A model generated the notes under the pieces. That model was not told where the DNA came from. It worked only from the letters and a program-made list of their open reading frames with translations, and made no database searches. The position numbers and the translations under genes are program-made. From a virus: a stretch of DNA of 39,713 bases. The number at the start of each line of letters is the position of its first letter. Position 1 is the first letter of the stretch. The stretch is taken from the IMG/VR virus record IMGVR_UViG_3300031227_000005; one strand, 5' to 3'. This document shows positions 8,037-16,793 of this stretch, in pieces.

Positions 8037-11000
8037 CGCTCGTTCGCATGTCCTCGCCGTTCACGCGATCCGCGAAGGAACTCGACCGCACCGTGGAGGC
8101 GATCCGCGAAGGATCAACACTCGCCGAATACTTGCCAGAAGGTGACCACATCGCGGCGAAGGTACCGGGTATCTCAGTTGAGGTGTCCAGCTTCATTCCC
8201 ACCGCTGGTGATATGATCGCGTTCGCGCCCATGCCCGGCGGCGACGCGAAAGAATACCTTCGGCCAATCGGACAGATAGGTATCGCCCTCGGGTCCGTTG
8301 CTCTTACGCTGTCGGGGCATCCATACGCCGCCGTTGCCCTCGCGTTTGGTGGCGATCAGCTAATCGACGTATTCCTGCCAGCTCCACAAATGACGAGACC
8401 CGATTCGGAAAGCGTCTACGGATGGACGTCTGGTGGCAATCCGCAAGCCGCGAACAACATCCCGATGTACGTCATATACGGCAAGGTGCGGATCAAGCCT
8501 GTGCAACTCGAACGCATCGTGCTGACGACGGGCAACACGCAACGGATCGATGTGGTGTATGGTGTCGCCGGGCATCGGATTGACACGGTCCACGAGGTAG
8601 AACTAAACGGAACAGACGCGGATACCATCGCCAACGTTGAAGTCACGACGCGAGAGGGCATCGTCGCGCAAACCACGATCCCCGGTTTCGACAGCACGTA
8701 CGTGGACCATCCGAATGGTCTCGTTCTCTTGTGTAATCTGACCACCGGGTCTCCGCTGTTCTGCACTGAATACACCGTGAACATCCTTGATTCAGATATC
8801 ACTGGCCTGAAGGTGGATTTTGTGTGTCCCGATGGGCTGTACGCGATTGCAGGTTCTGGCCTGATGCAACCGAACGCAGTCGCGTTCAACATGAAGTACA
8901 AGGAGACCAGTTCAGGAACGTGGGTAAATTTCCCGAATCCAGACGGTGCAGCTGGATACTTCAGGATAGAAGAAACGACCACGCGAACGGTCCGCCGTTC
9001 TTACGTTGTGTACGATCTTCCCGTCGGCACGTACGATGTGAAAATCCAAAAGGCATCACTGGAAAGCAGTAGCCCGGACACGTCCGATAAATTGACACTG
9101 GAGAATATCTCCAGCATCACGACCGACGGTCTACGTTACCCGGGTCAGGCATTGATCGCCGTTCAGGGTGTCGCCACCGAATCACTGTCCGGCGTGTTGA
9201 CGACGTCCGCCGTTGTTGAACGAACAACCGTCGATGTGTACGACGCTGTCGGCACGGCGTGGACCACGGAGAACGCGAACAATCCAGCGTGGGCGTGTTA
9301 TGACCTACTCGTCAACGGATGCACTGACCATCCAGCACTCGACACGGTAGGGAACCCGACGACCGCCGACGGTTCACGGTATGGATGTGCAATCGATCCC
9401 GACAACATCGATTACGCGGCGTTTCTCGCATGGGCGACGGAATGCGACACTCAGTCGTTTACGGTGAACCTCGCGGTTGATCAGTTCACCACGGCGGCGG
9501 AAACGCTGGCGACTATCGCGCAACTCGGCGCGGGTGTCGTGGTCACCGTGGGAAGCATGTTCACCTGTTCGTATGACTCGGCGACGGAACCGACGTACAT
9601 GTTCACACCGGGGAATATGCTGATCGATAGCTACTCGGCGACGTGGTCCGGGCCTACCGTCAACATGATCGAAACGACGTTCCTTGACGCGACTCGCGAC
9701 TATGCACAGACCACCCTCGCGGTACGGTCCGACGACTTCGACACAGGCGACGGACTGCACCCGGTACACCTTCGGCTTGATGGATGCACCGACGAGGCGA
9801 TGGCTTGGAAGATTGCCGGACGCTACATGCGGTCGAAGGAACTCCAGAAACAGACCATTCAGTTCTCCGCACCGCTGGACGCAATGCCGGTGGTGATCGG
9901 GGACGTGGTATACGTGCAACACGACTGGCCGTCGTGGACCACTTCTACTGCAGCAGGTCCGAACATCGGCGGGCGCATCCTCAGTATCAATGGACTGGAA
10001 ATCACGCTGGATAAGGAATTCACCGTTGACTCTGGCGAGACGTTCACACTCGTGTATCGTGCCGCCGCTGATGATACCGTTGTGTTCCGCACGCTCGAAC
10101 CTGTGTTCACGGAGACCACATCGGATACGGTTATCCTCGCCGCTGGTGGTACCGGCACAGATCCGTCGGTGCTGGATTACTACGCGATAGGCAACACGGG
10201 TTCCACGGTCAAGAAGTTCAGGATAACCGACGTACAGCCATCCGAAGATCAATTATACACCCTCTCTGCAATCGAATACGACGCGGCGGTTTATGACCCC
10301 GCCGTCACGCCGACGCTGTCGTTATCTGGTATCCCGATCCTCAACACGGCGTCGAACGTTCGTGCACTGGAGAAGACGTCGAAACGCAACACCGGCGAAT
10401 ACTATTCCACGGTGGACATCGACTGGACCGCCAGTTCTGACGCTGTATGGAGTCAGTGGCGCGTGTTCTCTCGTGATGTGACGTCGCAAGAACCGCGATG
10501 GATTGGTGACTATGCCGCCGGGACTACCTACGCAATCGGTGACGCTGTGCTGTACGGAGCAGACGCGTTCATATCAAAGCTCGACGGCAACATCGGCAAT
10601 ACTCCGGTGACCGGTGCAAACTGGGATCAGTACCGGGACGGCCTGACGTGGGCGGGTGTCTGGAGTGTAGGGACCACCTACGCAATCGGAGACAGCGTTG
10701 TCTACGTGGACGTGTCGGAAGGGGTGTACGCCGCCGTCACCGCCAAGGCGTCAAGCACAGGAGAACAGCCTTACACAGACTTTGGAGAATTGAACGGCTC
10801 GTATTGGGAACTATTGACGGGCGCACCGTGGGTATTCGAAGTAGACGCCAGAACGCGGAACGTCGTCGTCAATATCGATTACATCGACGGACATATCTAT
10901 CAATTCGCGGTGTGCGCCGTGTCGCCAACGGGCGAACAGGAATCACCGGATACCGCACCGTTCGCAACCGTGCGGATCATCGGACGCCTCGTCCCGAGTG

Positions 11001-13180
11001 ATGTCGATTTCAACGTGTCGGCGTGCACATTCCTGGAGGTGGTCCGCCTTTCTTGGACAGCCGCACCGCAACGCGACGTCACCGCATACGAGGTCCGCGA
11101 CGAGGACGCGAATTTCGGCACGGACGACGAGCACCGAATGCACTACAACACCGGCCAGGTTCTTCAGGCTGTGTTCCCGTGGACAACCAGCGTCAACCCG
11201 ACGTGGTATATTCGCGCCCGCAACTCCGCGGGGAACTTCTCGTCCGGTTCCGACAGCGTGCAAACGATAAACGCCGTGCCAACCTTACCGGATTCGCCAA
11301 TCCTCACGGCTCCGGGTATCGCGATCATCCAGGCGAATTGGGATCCGCTGGAGGGTGATCCCACCGATATCGACGTGAAGGAATGGAAAGTCTACATCGA
11401 CGCCGTGGACGGCTCGACGCTCGTGGCAACGTTGCCGGTCGGAACGCTGGTGTATCCATACATCGGAGAAACATCCACAACATACTACGTTCGGATATCA
11501 GCCGTGGATATCGTGGATCAGGAGGGCGCGAAATCCAGCGTCGTGTCGAAGCTGACCGGCAATGTCACAGGCAACGACATAGAAGACCACTCCGTCGAAC
11601 CGGTCAAGCTGGTACTACCTGCTCCTGAAGTCACAGACGGTATATGGTATAGTGACACAGGCACAGGCGAAGTGACGTGGGAAGATGTGGAGATCGAATT
11701 CGACGGCGTGTCGTACACGATCCTCGACGGCGCGGTGTTGTCACTGACTAATCACGGCTTTGAAACCGGCGACTTGACCGGATGGGGTCCGACATTCACC
11801 GGTTACCCGGCTACATACGAAGCATCACAAGCACAGGCATACTCGGGACTGTGGAGTTATCACCACGTTGATACTCTCGACGGTCCAGGCATACAGCAGA
11901 CGGTAGTCCTAGAGGACGGCGATACTTACACGCTGTCGTGTTGGGTATACCCTGTTTCTGGAGTGGCGGATTTGTTCCTGCACGGTGGTGGCGGATTCTC
12001 TGCGATGAAAGTCTCATCTGTCGGCACTGGAGCGTGGGAACGGTTGACACTCACGATGGCACTTGACGGAGGCACAGGCTTACCGATAGATGGATACATC
12101 CAGCTTCGTGGCATCACAGAAGCGTATTTCGACGGCGTGACATTGCACCACGACGTGGCATCCGGCGGTACTCAAGACGCTACAGCGAACAGATATATCA
12201 CATGGACCGCTGGCGATACGGTGCTGATCGACTATGCCACCGCGCCTGACCTGCTTGACCGCGAATACTTCATCGGTGTCAACGACGGCGGACAATTAAC
12301 GGCGTTCGCTTCGCCGTCTCGCTTGCCCACTGGCACCGTGGCAACGCTGCATATCGACGCGTTGGCTATCACAGACGCGAAGGTGGCGACCGGACAGGAC
12401 GCGTCGAAAATCAACATCGGAACGCTGTCAGAGATAACAGTTGAGACGAGTGCTACGGGTTCGGGCTTACAGCGTGTGGTGATAGATCAGTCAACAGCAA
12501 ACATGACTTTCTATGACTCAACAGGGACCGCCGTCGTGGTTATCGATGATGATGTTCTTCCAACCCCAGTTATCTCAAGCAACGCAGGGGGAGTAGCAAC
12601 CGAAGACGGCATTATCGTTGCAGGAACTAGCGATAATACTGGATATGTAGCTCTTACGCCTCGCATGATCGAAGGGTATACTGGTCAAAACCCAACTGGA
12701 TTCTATAGTCTCTGTGACTTGGTATGGGATATCGTTGGTGTAGCAGGCACAGATAAGATATTCAGGATAAGGCGATACTCAACAACTATTACAACACAAA
12801 TGAGTATCAGCGCGCAGGGCGACATTGATACGAACGGTGACCTAAACGTAGAAGGTGACACCACACTCGACGACCTGACTGTCGGCGGCGACCTGACCAT
12901 CACGGGTTCCCACCTGATGCAGAGTAAGGCTGTGGTGGCTACCTACACGGCGTTGACTACAGATAACGTCATACTGTGCACAGGGACGTTCACGGTCACG
13001 CTGTACGCTGTCAGTGGCAACTCAGGCCGCAACATGCGGATCAAAAACGTCGGGACCGGTGTGGTAACGGTCACGGGAGACTCAGCACCCGAGACAATCG
13101 ACGACGAGGTCACACAGGAGCTTTACGAAAACGACAGTATGGCAATTGTCACAAACGGAACAACTTGGAGCATCATCTAA
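8024..13180 (+). CDS. Host specificity / central tail fibre protein, gpJ-like with a gpI-like N-terminal module
   Basis: 1718 aa. The N-terminus has IAFAPMPGGDAKE, a hydrophobic stretch and NIPMYVIYGKVRIKP, resembling gpI. It is followed by a J-like body, FN3-like segments, two CBM5/12-like repeats, a CBM4_9-like module and a distinct C-terminal domain. Confidence 0.85.
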   Translation: MAYVTLVRMSSPFTRSAKELDRTVEAIREGSTLAEYLPEGDHIAAKVPGISVEVSSFIPTAGDMIAFAPMPGGDAKEYLRPIGQIGIALGSVALTLSGHPYAAVALAFGGDQLIDVFLPAPQMTRPDSESVYGWTSGGNPQAANNIPMYVIYGKVRIKPVQLERIVLTTGNTQRIDVVYGVAGHRIDTVHEVELNGTDADTIANVEVTTREGIVAQTTIPGFDSTYVDHPNGLVLLCNLTTGSPLFCTEYTVNILDSDITGLKVDFVCPDGLYAIAGSGLMQPNAVAFNMKYKETSSGTWVNFPNPDGAAGYFRIEETTTRTVRRSYVVYDLPVGTYDVKIQKASLESSSPDTSDKLTLENISSITTDGLRYPGQALIAVQGVATESLSGVLTTSAVVERTTVDVYDAVGTAWTTENANNPAWACYDLLVNGCTDHPALDTVGNPTTADGSRYGCAIDPDNIDYAAFLAWATECDTQSFTVNLAVDQFTTAAETLATIAQLGAGVVVTVGSMFTCSYDSATEPTYMFTPGNMLIDSYSATWSGPTVNMIETTFLDATRDYAQTTLAVRSDDFDTGDGLHPVHLRLDGCTDEAMAWKIAGRYMRSKELQKQTIQFSAPLDAMPVVIGDVVYVQHDWPSWTTSTAAGPNIGGRILSINGLEITLDKEFTVDSGETFTLVYRAAADDTVVFRTLEPVFTETTSDTVILAAGGTGTDPSVLDYYAIGNTGSTVKKFRITDVQPSEDQLYTLSAIEYDAAVYDPAVTPTLSLSGIPILNTASNVRALEKTSKRNTGEYYSTVDIDWTASSDAVWSQWRVFSRDVTSQEPRWIGDYAAGTTYAIGDAVLYGADAFISKLDGNIGNTPVTGANWDQYRDGLTWAGVWSVGTTYAIGDSVVYVDVSEGVYAAVTAKASSTGEQPYTDFGELNGSYWELLTGAPWVFEVDARTRNVVVNIDYIDGHIYQFAVCAVSPTGEQESPDTAPFATVRIIGRLVPSDVDFNVSACTFLEVVRLSWTAAPQRDVTAYEVRDEDANFGTDDEHRMHYNTGQVLQAVFPWTTSVNPTWYIRARNSAGNFSSGSDSVQTINAVPTLPDSPILTAPGIAIIQANWDPLEGDPTDIDVKEWKVYIDAVDGSTLVATLPVGTLVYPYIGETSTTYYVRISAVDIVDQEGAKSSVVSKLTGNVTGNDIEDHSVEPVKLVLPAPEVTDGIWYSDTGTGEVTWEDVEIEFDGVSYTILDGAVLSLTNHGFETGDLTGWGPTFTGYPATYEASQAQAYSGLWSYHHVDTLDGPGIQQTVVLEDGDTYTLSCWVYPVSGVADLFLHGGGGFSAMKVSSVGTGAWERLTLTMALDGGTGLPIDGYIQLRGITEAYFDGVTLHHDVASGGTQDATANRYITWTAGDTVLIDYATAPDLLDREYFIGVNDGGQLTAFASPSRLPTGTVATLHIDALAITDAKVATGQDASKINIGTLSEITVETSATGSGLQRVVIDQSTANMTFYDSTGTAVVVIDDDVLPTPVISSNAGGVATEDGIIVAGTSDNTGYVALTPRMIEGYTGQNPTGFYSLCDLVWDIVGVAGTDKIFRIRRYSTTITTQMSISAQGDIDTNGDLNVEGDTTLDDLTVGGDLTITGSHLMQSKAVVATYTALTTDNVILCTGTFTVTLYAVSGNSGRNMRIKNVGTGVVTVTGDSAPETIDDEVTQELYENDSMAIVTNGTTWSII

Positions 13181-13190
13181 GGGGACAGGC

Positions 13191-13757
13191 ATGAGCGTAT
13201 TCTCAAGATTGCTTTTGTGGGATGGAACACACACGGCTGGTGTGGATGCGATCACACACTCTCTCCAGGTAATCGACGTGCCCCACCACGAGATTCACGA
13301 AGGCGAGTCGTTTCACGCCGACCGGTACGACGACACCGTGGCGAACGCGGCATCGGTCAGCATGATCTTGGAAGCACCGGCAGGTTTCGACCTCCACATG
13401 ACATGGAGCGCGGAAATCTTCAGTACGTCGAATACCCCGACAGTGTGCAAGTCACAACTATTGATCCTGTCGGGTTACACACACGGTACCGCGCTCACTG
13501 AAGAGAATCGGCGCATCGACTTCGGCGCGGGTAATGCCATAGCGAGTTACGACGGGACACTCACGACACTCGGTAGAACGCTTGAGGAATCCATGATCCA
13601 GCCCGGCGGCAGGAAAGTCGGCGGTGGTTCACTTGCTCAGTCACGGCCAGAATGGATAGTGCCTGCCGAGACCGCTGTAGTCGTGAGAACTTTCAACTCA
13701 TCTGGTGCAACCGCCGCTGTACAGATCGACATGGATTGGTACGAGGAGGCGGTATAA
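13191..13757 (+). CDS. Hypothetical protein downstream of the fibre gene (possible tail accessory protein)
   Basis: Internal ATG at 13191 with AAGGGGA upstream. 188 aa, beta-rich, with an HHEIHEGESFH motif. Confidence 0.5.
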   Translation: MSVFSRLLLWDGTHTAGVDAITHSLQVIDVPHHEIHEGESFHADRYDDTVANAASVSMILEAPAGFDLHMTWSAEIFSTSNTPTVCKSQLLILSGYTHGTALTEENRRIDFGAGNAIASYDGTLTTLGRTLEESMIQPGGRKVGGGSLAQSRPEWIVPAETAVVVRTFNSSGATAAVQIDMDWYEEAV

Positions 13758-13885
13758 TGAGCTTGATTATCAGGATACTCGCGGCGTTAGTCATTGCCGG
13801 GGGATTCTCCGCAAAGATTCCGTCATGCGAATGGATGAACCCAGACAACGGGACAGGACACTGGATCACGAACACCAGTGAATAA
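13757..13885 (+). CDS. Small membrane or secreted protein (42 aa)
   Basis: The ATG overlaps the upstream TAA. The product is MSLIIRILAALVIAGGFSAKIPSC..., a hydrophobic N-terminus followed by a Cys. It is part of a longer track ORF (13652..13885). Confidence 0.35.
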   Translation: MSLIIRILAALVIAGGFSAKIPSCEWMNPDNGTGHWITNTSE

Positions 13886-13900
13886 CACCAAGGGGAAAAC

Positions 13901-14323
13901 ATGGACAAGCGATGCGTACTGGATCTCGTGAGGCTCGAATCATGGAGAGGGGCCACGATCGGATCTCTCAGTGTGGACGGATCCGTTCTGTGCAACACGC
14001 TGGAATTGCCGTGGGAGGAGAACGAGAGGAACATTTCCTGCATTCCCGCCGGGCAATACCGGTGCATAATGCAGAAATGCGGATCAGGGATCACCAACGG
14101 AAAAAGGGGAACCTGGTGCCTCGAAGGCGTTCCTGGTCGCGACGGTGTCCTTATCCACATCGGGAACACCGTCAAGGATTCTCAGGGGTGCATCCTCGTC
14201 GGTACCGCCGTCGGTGAACTGGACGGGAAACGGGCAGTGTTGAGTAGTCGTGTCGCGTTCGAGGCGTTGCACGCGGCGACGGAGGGGGCCGACGAATGCG
14301 TAATCAGGATCGCAGACAGGTGA
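13901..14323 (+). CDS. DUF5675-like protein with an H-x10-GC motif; candidate cell-wall-acting lysis enzyme
   Basis: 140 aa with AAGGGGA upstream. CNTLELPWEENERNISCIPAGQY and VLIHIGNTVKDSQGCILVG recall YkuD-type His/Cys active sites. It is flanked by membrane proteins. Confidence 0.4.
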   Translation: MDKRCVLDLVRLESWRGATIGSLSVDGSVLCNTLELPWEENERNISCIPAGQYRCIMQKCGSGITNGKRGTWCLEGVPGRDGVLIHIGNTVKDSQGCILVGTAVGELDGKRAVLSSRVAFEALHAATEGADECVIRIADR

Positions 14324-14619
14324 AACAGGAAACGCTCGGGCGCGTCATCGGGAAAGTTGTCCTTGTCGCGTTCTTCACGTCGCTCATGTCGGTAGGAACA
14401 ACCGCCGGGTTCATGATATTGCAGGTGATCCCGACGCTGGAGGTTCAGATCAAGGACATGGGGCGGCGCATCGATGTACGCGCGGTGAAGTTTGACGAAC
14501 TCAGCAGGGCCGTGAACGGCGGCGAGGTTCGTCCGGGGCTGAAGTCCGAGGTGGCGACACTGCAAGAGTGTACGCGAGGGCTGAAGCGGGACGTGGCGAA
14601 GTTGCAGGGAGATCGGTAA
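14296..14619 (+). CDS. Membrane protein with one N-terminal TM segment and a coiled-coil tail (holin or i-spanin-like)
   Basis: The TM segment is VIGKVVLVAFFTSLMSVGTTAGFMILQVI, followed by a charged helical region. An alternative GTG start at 14320 overlaps the upstream stop. Confidence 0.5.
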   Translation: MRNQDRRQVKQETLGRVIGKVVLVAFFTSLMSVGTTAGFMILQVIPTLEVQIKDMGRRIDVRAVKFDELSRAVNGGEVRPGLKSEVATLQECTRGLKRDVAKLQGDR

Positions 14620-14628
14620 CCTAAAATA

Positions 14629-14659
14629 AGAGGGGCCACTATTTCAAGTTGGCCCCTCT
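14629..14659. terminator. Bidirectional intrinsic terminator between convergent operons
   Basis: Perfect 10-bp stem: AGAGGGGCCA (14629..14638) pairs with TGGCCCCTCT (14650..14659), with an 11-nt loop. A T-rich run follows on the minus strand (CTTATTTTAG) and a C/T-rich run follows on the plus strand. Confidence 0.75.
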
Positions 14660-14703
14660 CTGCTTCTCTCGTTCGCGTTTTGATCCACGACCGGTAACCA
14701 TTA

Positions 14704-15909
14704 TTACGTCAACCCAAGATCGTACTGCTGTTCGGGTGCCTCATCTATCCGCTTGCGTGCCATCTCGCAATATTCTGGGTTCAACTCTATGCCTATGTAT
14801 CGCCTTCCGTGTGCCTTTGCTACCACCCCTACGGTACCAGACCCGTTGAACGGATCGAGGACGGTGCACGGTTGCGCGAACGGGTTGCCGCATTCACACG
14901 TAGGTTCCCACCCGGTTGTGGTTGACGTAACACACGGGCCGCGTCGCACGTCAAGCGTTCCGCCACCACCCTGCAAGTCTTCGCCGTTCTTGCCACTCGG
15001 TAGATTGCCAGCCTTGCCACTGCCAGACTCGAACGTCCGTGTTTTCTCGGTTACACGCGAGAACGGTGCGCCACACTTCACGCAACACCCTTTCTCTGAC
15101 GATCCAGCAAGCAGGCACGGCTCCACCAGCTTCGTCGGGAACGTGGCGAAGTGTGCCTCTGCGTATGGTTGTGTGGCGATGTTCCAGACGGTGCGCTTGT
15201 TGCGACCATTTGCGTTTACGGATCGCTTGCCGTCCCATGCGTCTTTATTGTGTGCTCCTTTGTGGTACTCGTCTGGTGTGGCATTTTTTGAACGATCAGC
15301 ACCCCACAGCCCACCTTTCCCATCCGATGCCATCTGTTCCCGTATCGCATCTGCGTCGTAGAAATACCTGTCACGTTTCGTCAGTAGGAACATGTATTCG
15401 TGCGACTTCGTTGGTCGGTCGATCACACTCTCAGGCATGGGGTTAGGCTTCGCCCAGATCACGTCGGAACGCAACCACCACCCGTCGGCCTGCAACGCGA
15501 ACGCCACACGCCACGGGATACCCACGAGGTCTTTGTGCTTGATCGTATTCCCTGTGTGCTTCTGTGTGCCAGTTGCCTTGTAAGACATTCCACCTGCACG
15601 ACCATCCGCTCTATGATCCCCGTCGTTTCTACCTGCTGCGGGGTTCCCGTAACTATCACCCAGGTTCAACCAACACACGCCGTCGTCACGCAACACCCGG
15701 CGAACCTCGCGGAACACGCCAACCATGCGGGTGACATATTCGTCAGGCGTTGACTCCAACCCGATCTGACCGTCTTCACCGTAGTCACGCAACCCCCAAT
15801 ACGGCGGGCTGGTGATGACACAGTGCACCGACTCGTCAGGTATCTGTGAGAGTCCGTCGAGAACGTCCGCGTTGATGATTGTGGTCATGCTGTCCACTTG
15901 AACCTCCAT
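14704..15909 (-). CDS. DNA methyltransferase, N4-cytosine/N6-adenine family (beta-class motif order)
   Basis: Motif IV (ITSPPYWGLRDYG) lies near the N-terminus and motif I (VLDPFNGSGTVGVVA) near the C-terminus. A Cys-rich segment (CCVKCGAPF ... CECG) lies between them. An alternative start is the ATG at 15888. Confidence 0.85.
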   Translation of the reverse strand: MEVQVDSMTTIINADVLDGLSQIPDESVHCVITSPPYWGLRDYGEDGQIGLESTPDEYVTRMVGVFREVRRVLRDDGVCWLNLGDSYGNPAAGRNDGDHRADGRAGGMSYKATGTQKHTGNTIKHKDLVGIPWRVAFALQADGWWLRSDVIWAKPNPMPESVIDRPTKSHEYMFLLTKRDRYFYDADAIREQMASDGKGGLWGADRSKNATPDEYHKGAHNKDAWDGKRSVNANGRNKRTVWNIATQPYAEAHFATFPTKLVEPCLLAGSSEKGCCVKCGAPFSRVTEKTRTFESGSGKAGNLPSGKNGEDLQGGGGTLDVRRGPCVTSTTTGWEPTCECGNPFAQPCTVLDPFNGSGTVGVVAKAHGRRYIGIELNPEYCEMARKRIDEAPEQQYDLGLT

Positions 15910-15945
15910 GTGTTAGGACCGATAAGGTACGGTATGTACAATGGG

Positions 15946-16287
15946 TTACGGGTCGTCCGTCGCCGTCTTCGTATGGAACTCGCCGAGCAGTTCGGCGGAC
16001 TGAAGTCTGAACGGCTCCAGGTAAGCGACCGTCGCCTTCAGCAGGGCAACGAAGTCGAGTTCGGGCGCGTCAACGTCGAGAGCATTATTGTCGTGGATGA
16101 CGTAAATGCCGATATCTGCGACTCTCTGAGAGTCGGTGTTGGTGACTACGCGTTGGATGAACAGATTTATGGCTACTCGTAGGCCAACAAAGCCATTATC
16201 GCGGGTTTGTGCAAGAGTCCACACAGGGTCAGGTATCGCCATAATGTAGTTCTTGAACGCCTTGTGATCAGAAGTAAACCAGCCCAT
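15946..16287 (-). CDS. Hypothetical protein
   Basis: 113-aa ORF with GGGGA 5 nt upstream of the ATG. Confidence 0.5.
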   Translation of the reverse strand: MGWFTSDHKAFKNYIMAIPDPVWTLAQTRDNGFVGLRVAINLFIQRVVTNTDSQRVADIGIYVIHDNNALDVDAPELDFVALLKATVAYLEPFRLQSAELLGEFHTKTATDDP

Positions 16288-16390
16288 GCCATTCCCCTAT
16301 CTCGTCAATTCGATGTGATGATCCAAGTCAACAAAATCACGGCACTGACGCCGCAACACAACAGACCGAACCTCGTTCTCCAGTCCATGA

Positions 16391-16747
16391 CTACCCCCGT
16401 GATGTGATCCTGGCAGAGATATAGCCGGAATCATCGTGGATCGATGCGCGATGTTTCCCGCCAACTTTCTTGAAACTGAGGCTGTGGTACCCGAGGAACC
16501 CGCGAGAACTGATGCGAATGCACCCGTGGCTGTCGAGTCGGTATCCTCGTTGGTGGACGCCGAACTCGCTGAACTGGACGGCAACCGTTCCGGTGGTGGC
16601 GTCATACAGCAACACCAGCGACCCCGACGCGTTACACCCTGATAGCTTCACCGCCGACGTGTTGATGCGTATCTCCGTCTTGGATATCGCGATCGTGGGC
16701 GGCGGTGTGTTCGGTTGGAACTCTATCATGTTGGAATCGTGACTCAT
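16391..16747 (-). CDS. Hypothetical protein
   Basis: 118-aa ORF with ACGAGG upstream. It is preferred over the overlapping ORF 16297..16605 because of start context and amino-acid composition. Confidence 0.45.
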   Translation of the reverse strand: MSHDSNMIEFQPNTPPPTIAISKTEIRINTSAVKLSGCNASGSLVLLYDATTGTVAVQFSEFGVHQRGYRLDSHGCIRISSRGFLGYHSLSFKKVGGKHRASIHDDSGYISARITSRG

Positions 16748-16759
16748 TGCGCGCCTCGT

Positions 16760-16785
16760 AAAAAGCCCGCCAGCGTCCGGCGGGC
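16760..16785 (-). terminator. Intrinsic terminator after the Erf gene
   Basis: On the minus strand: GCCCGCC, a 7-nt loop, GGCGGGC, then TTTTT. Confidence 0.65.
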
Positions 16786-16793
16786 GTCGTGTG

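Noticed and set aside
9374-10252. 292-aa antisense ORF inside the host specificity gene (also 2258..2923 inside the major tail gene)
   Set aside because: Both share the codon register of the sense gene, so they are mirror ORFs caused by codon bias. The sense-strand proteins have clear family motifs.
8024-13180. Diversity-generating retroelement targeting the fibre or LamG genes
   Set aside because: No ORF with reverse-transcriptase motifs was seen anywhere in the window. I also did not see a template/variable repeat pair near the 3' ends of these genes.
14753-15361. 202-aa plus-strand ORF opposite the methyltransferase gene
   Set aside because: The minus-strand frame carries unambiguous MTase motifs. 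The plus-strand product is Ser/Pro/Arg-rich and has no start context.
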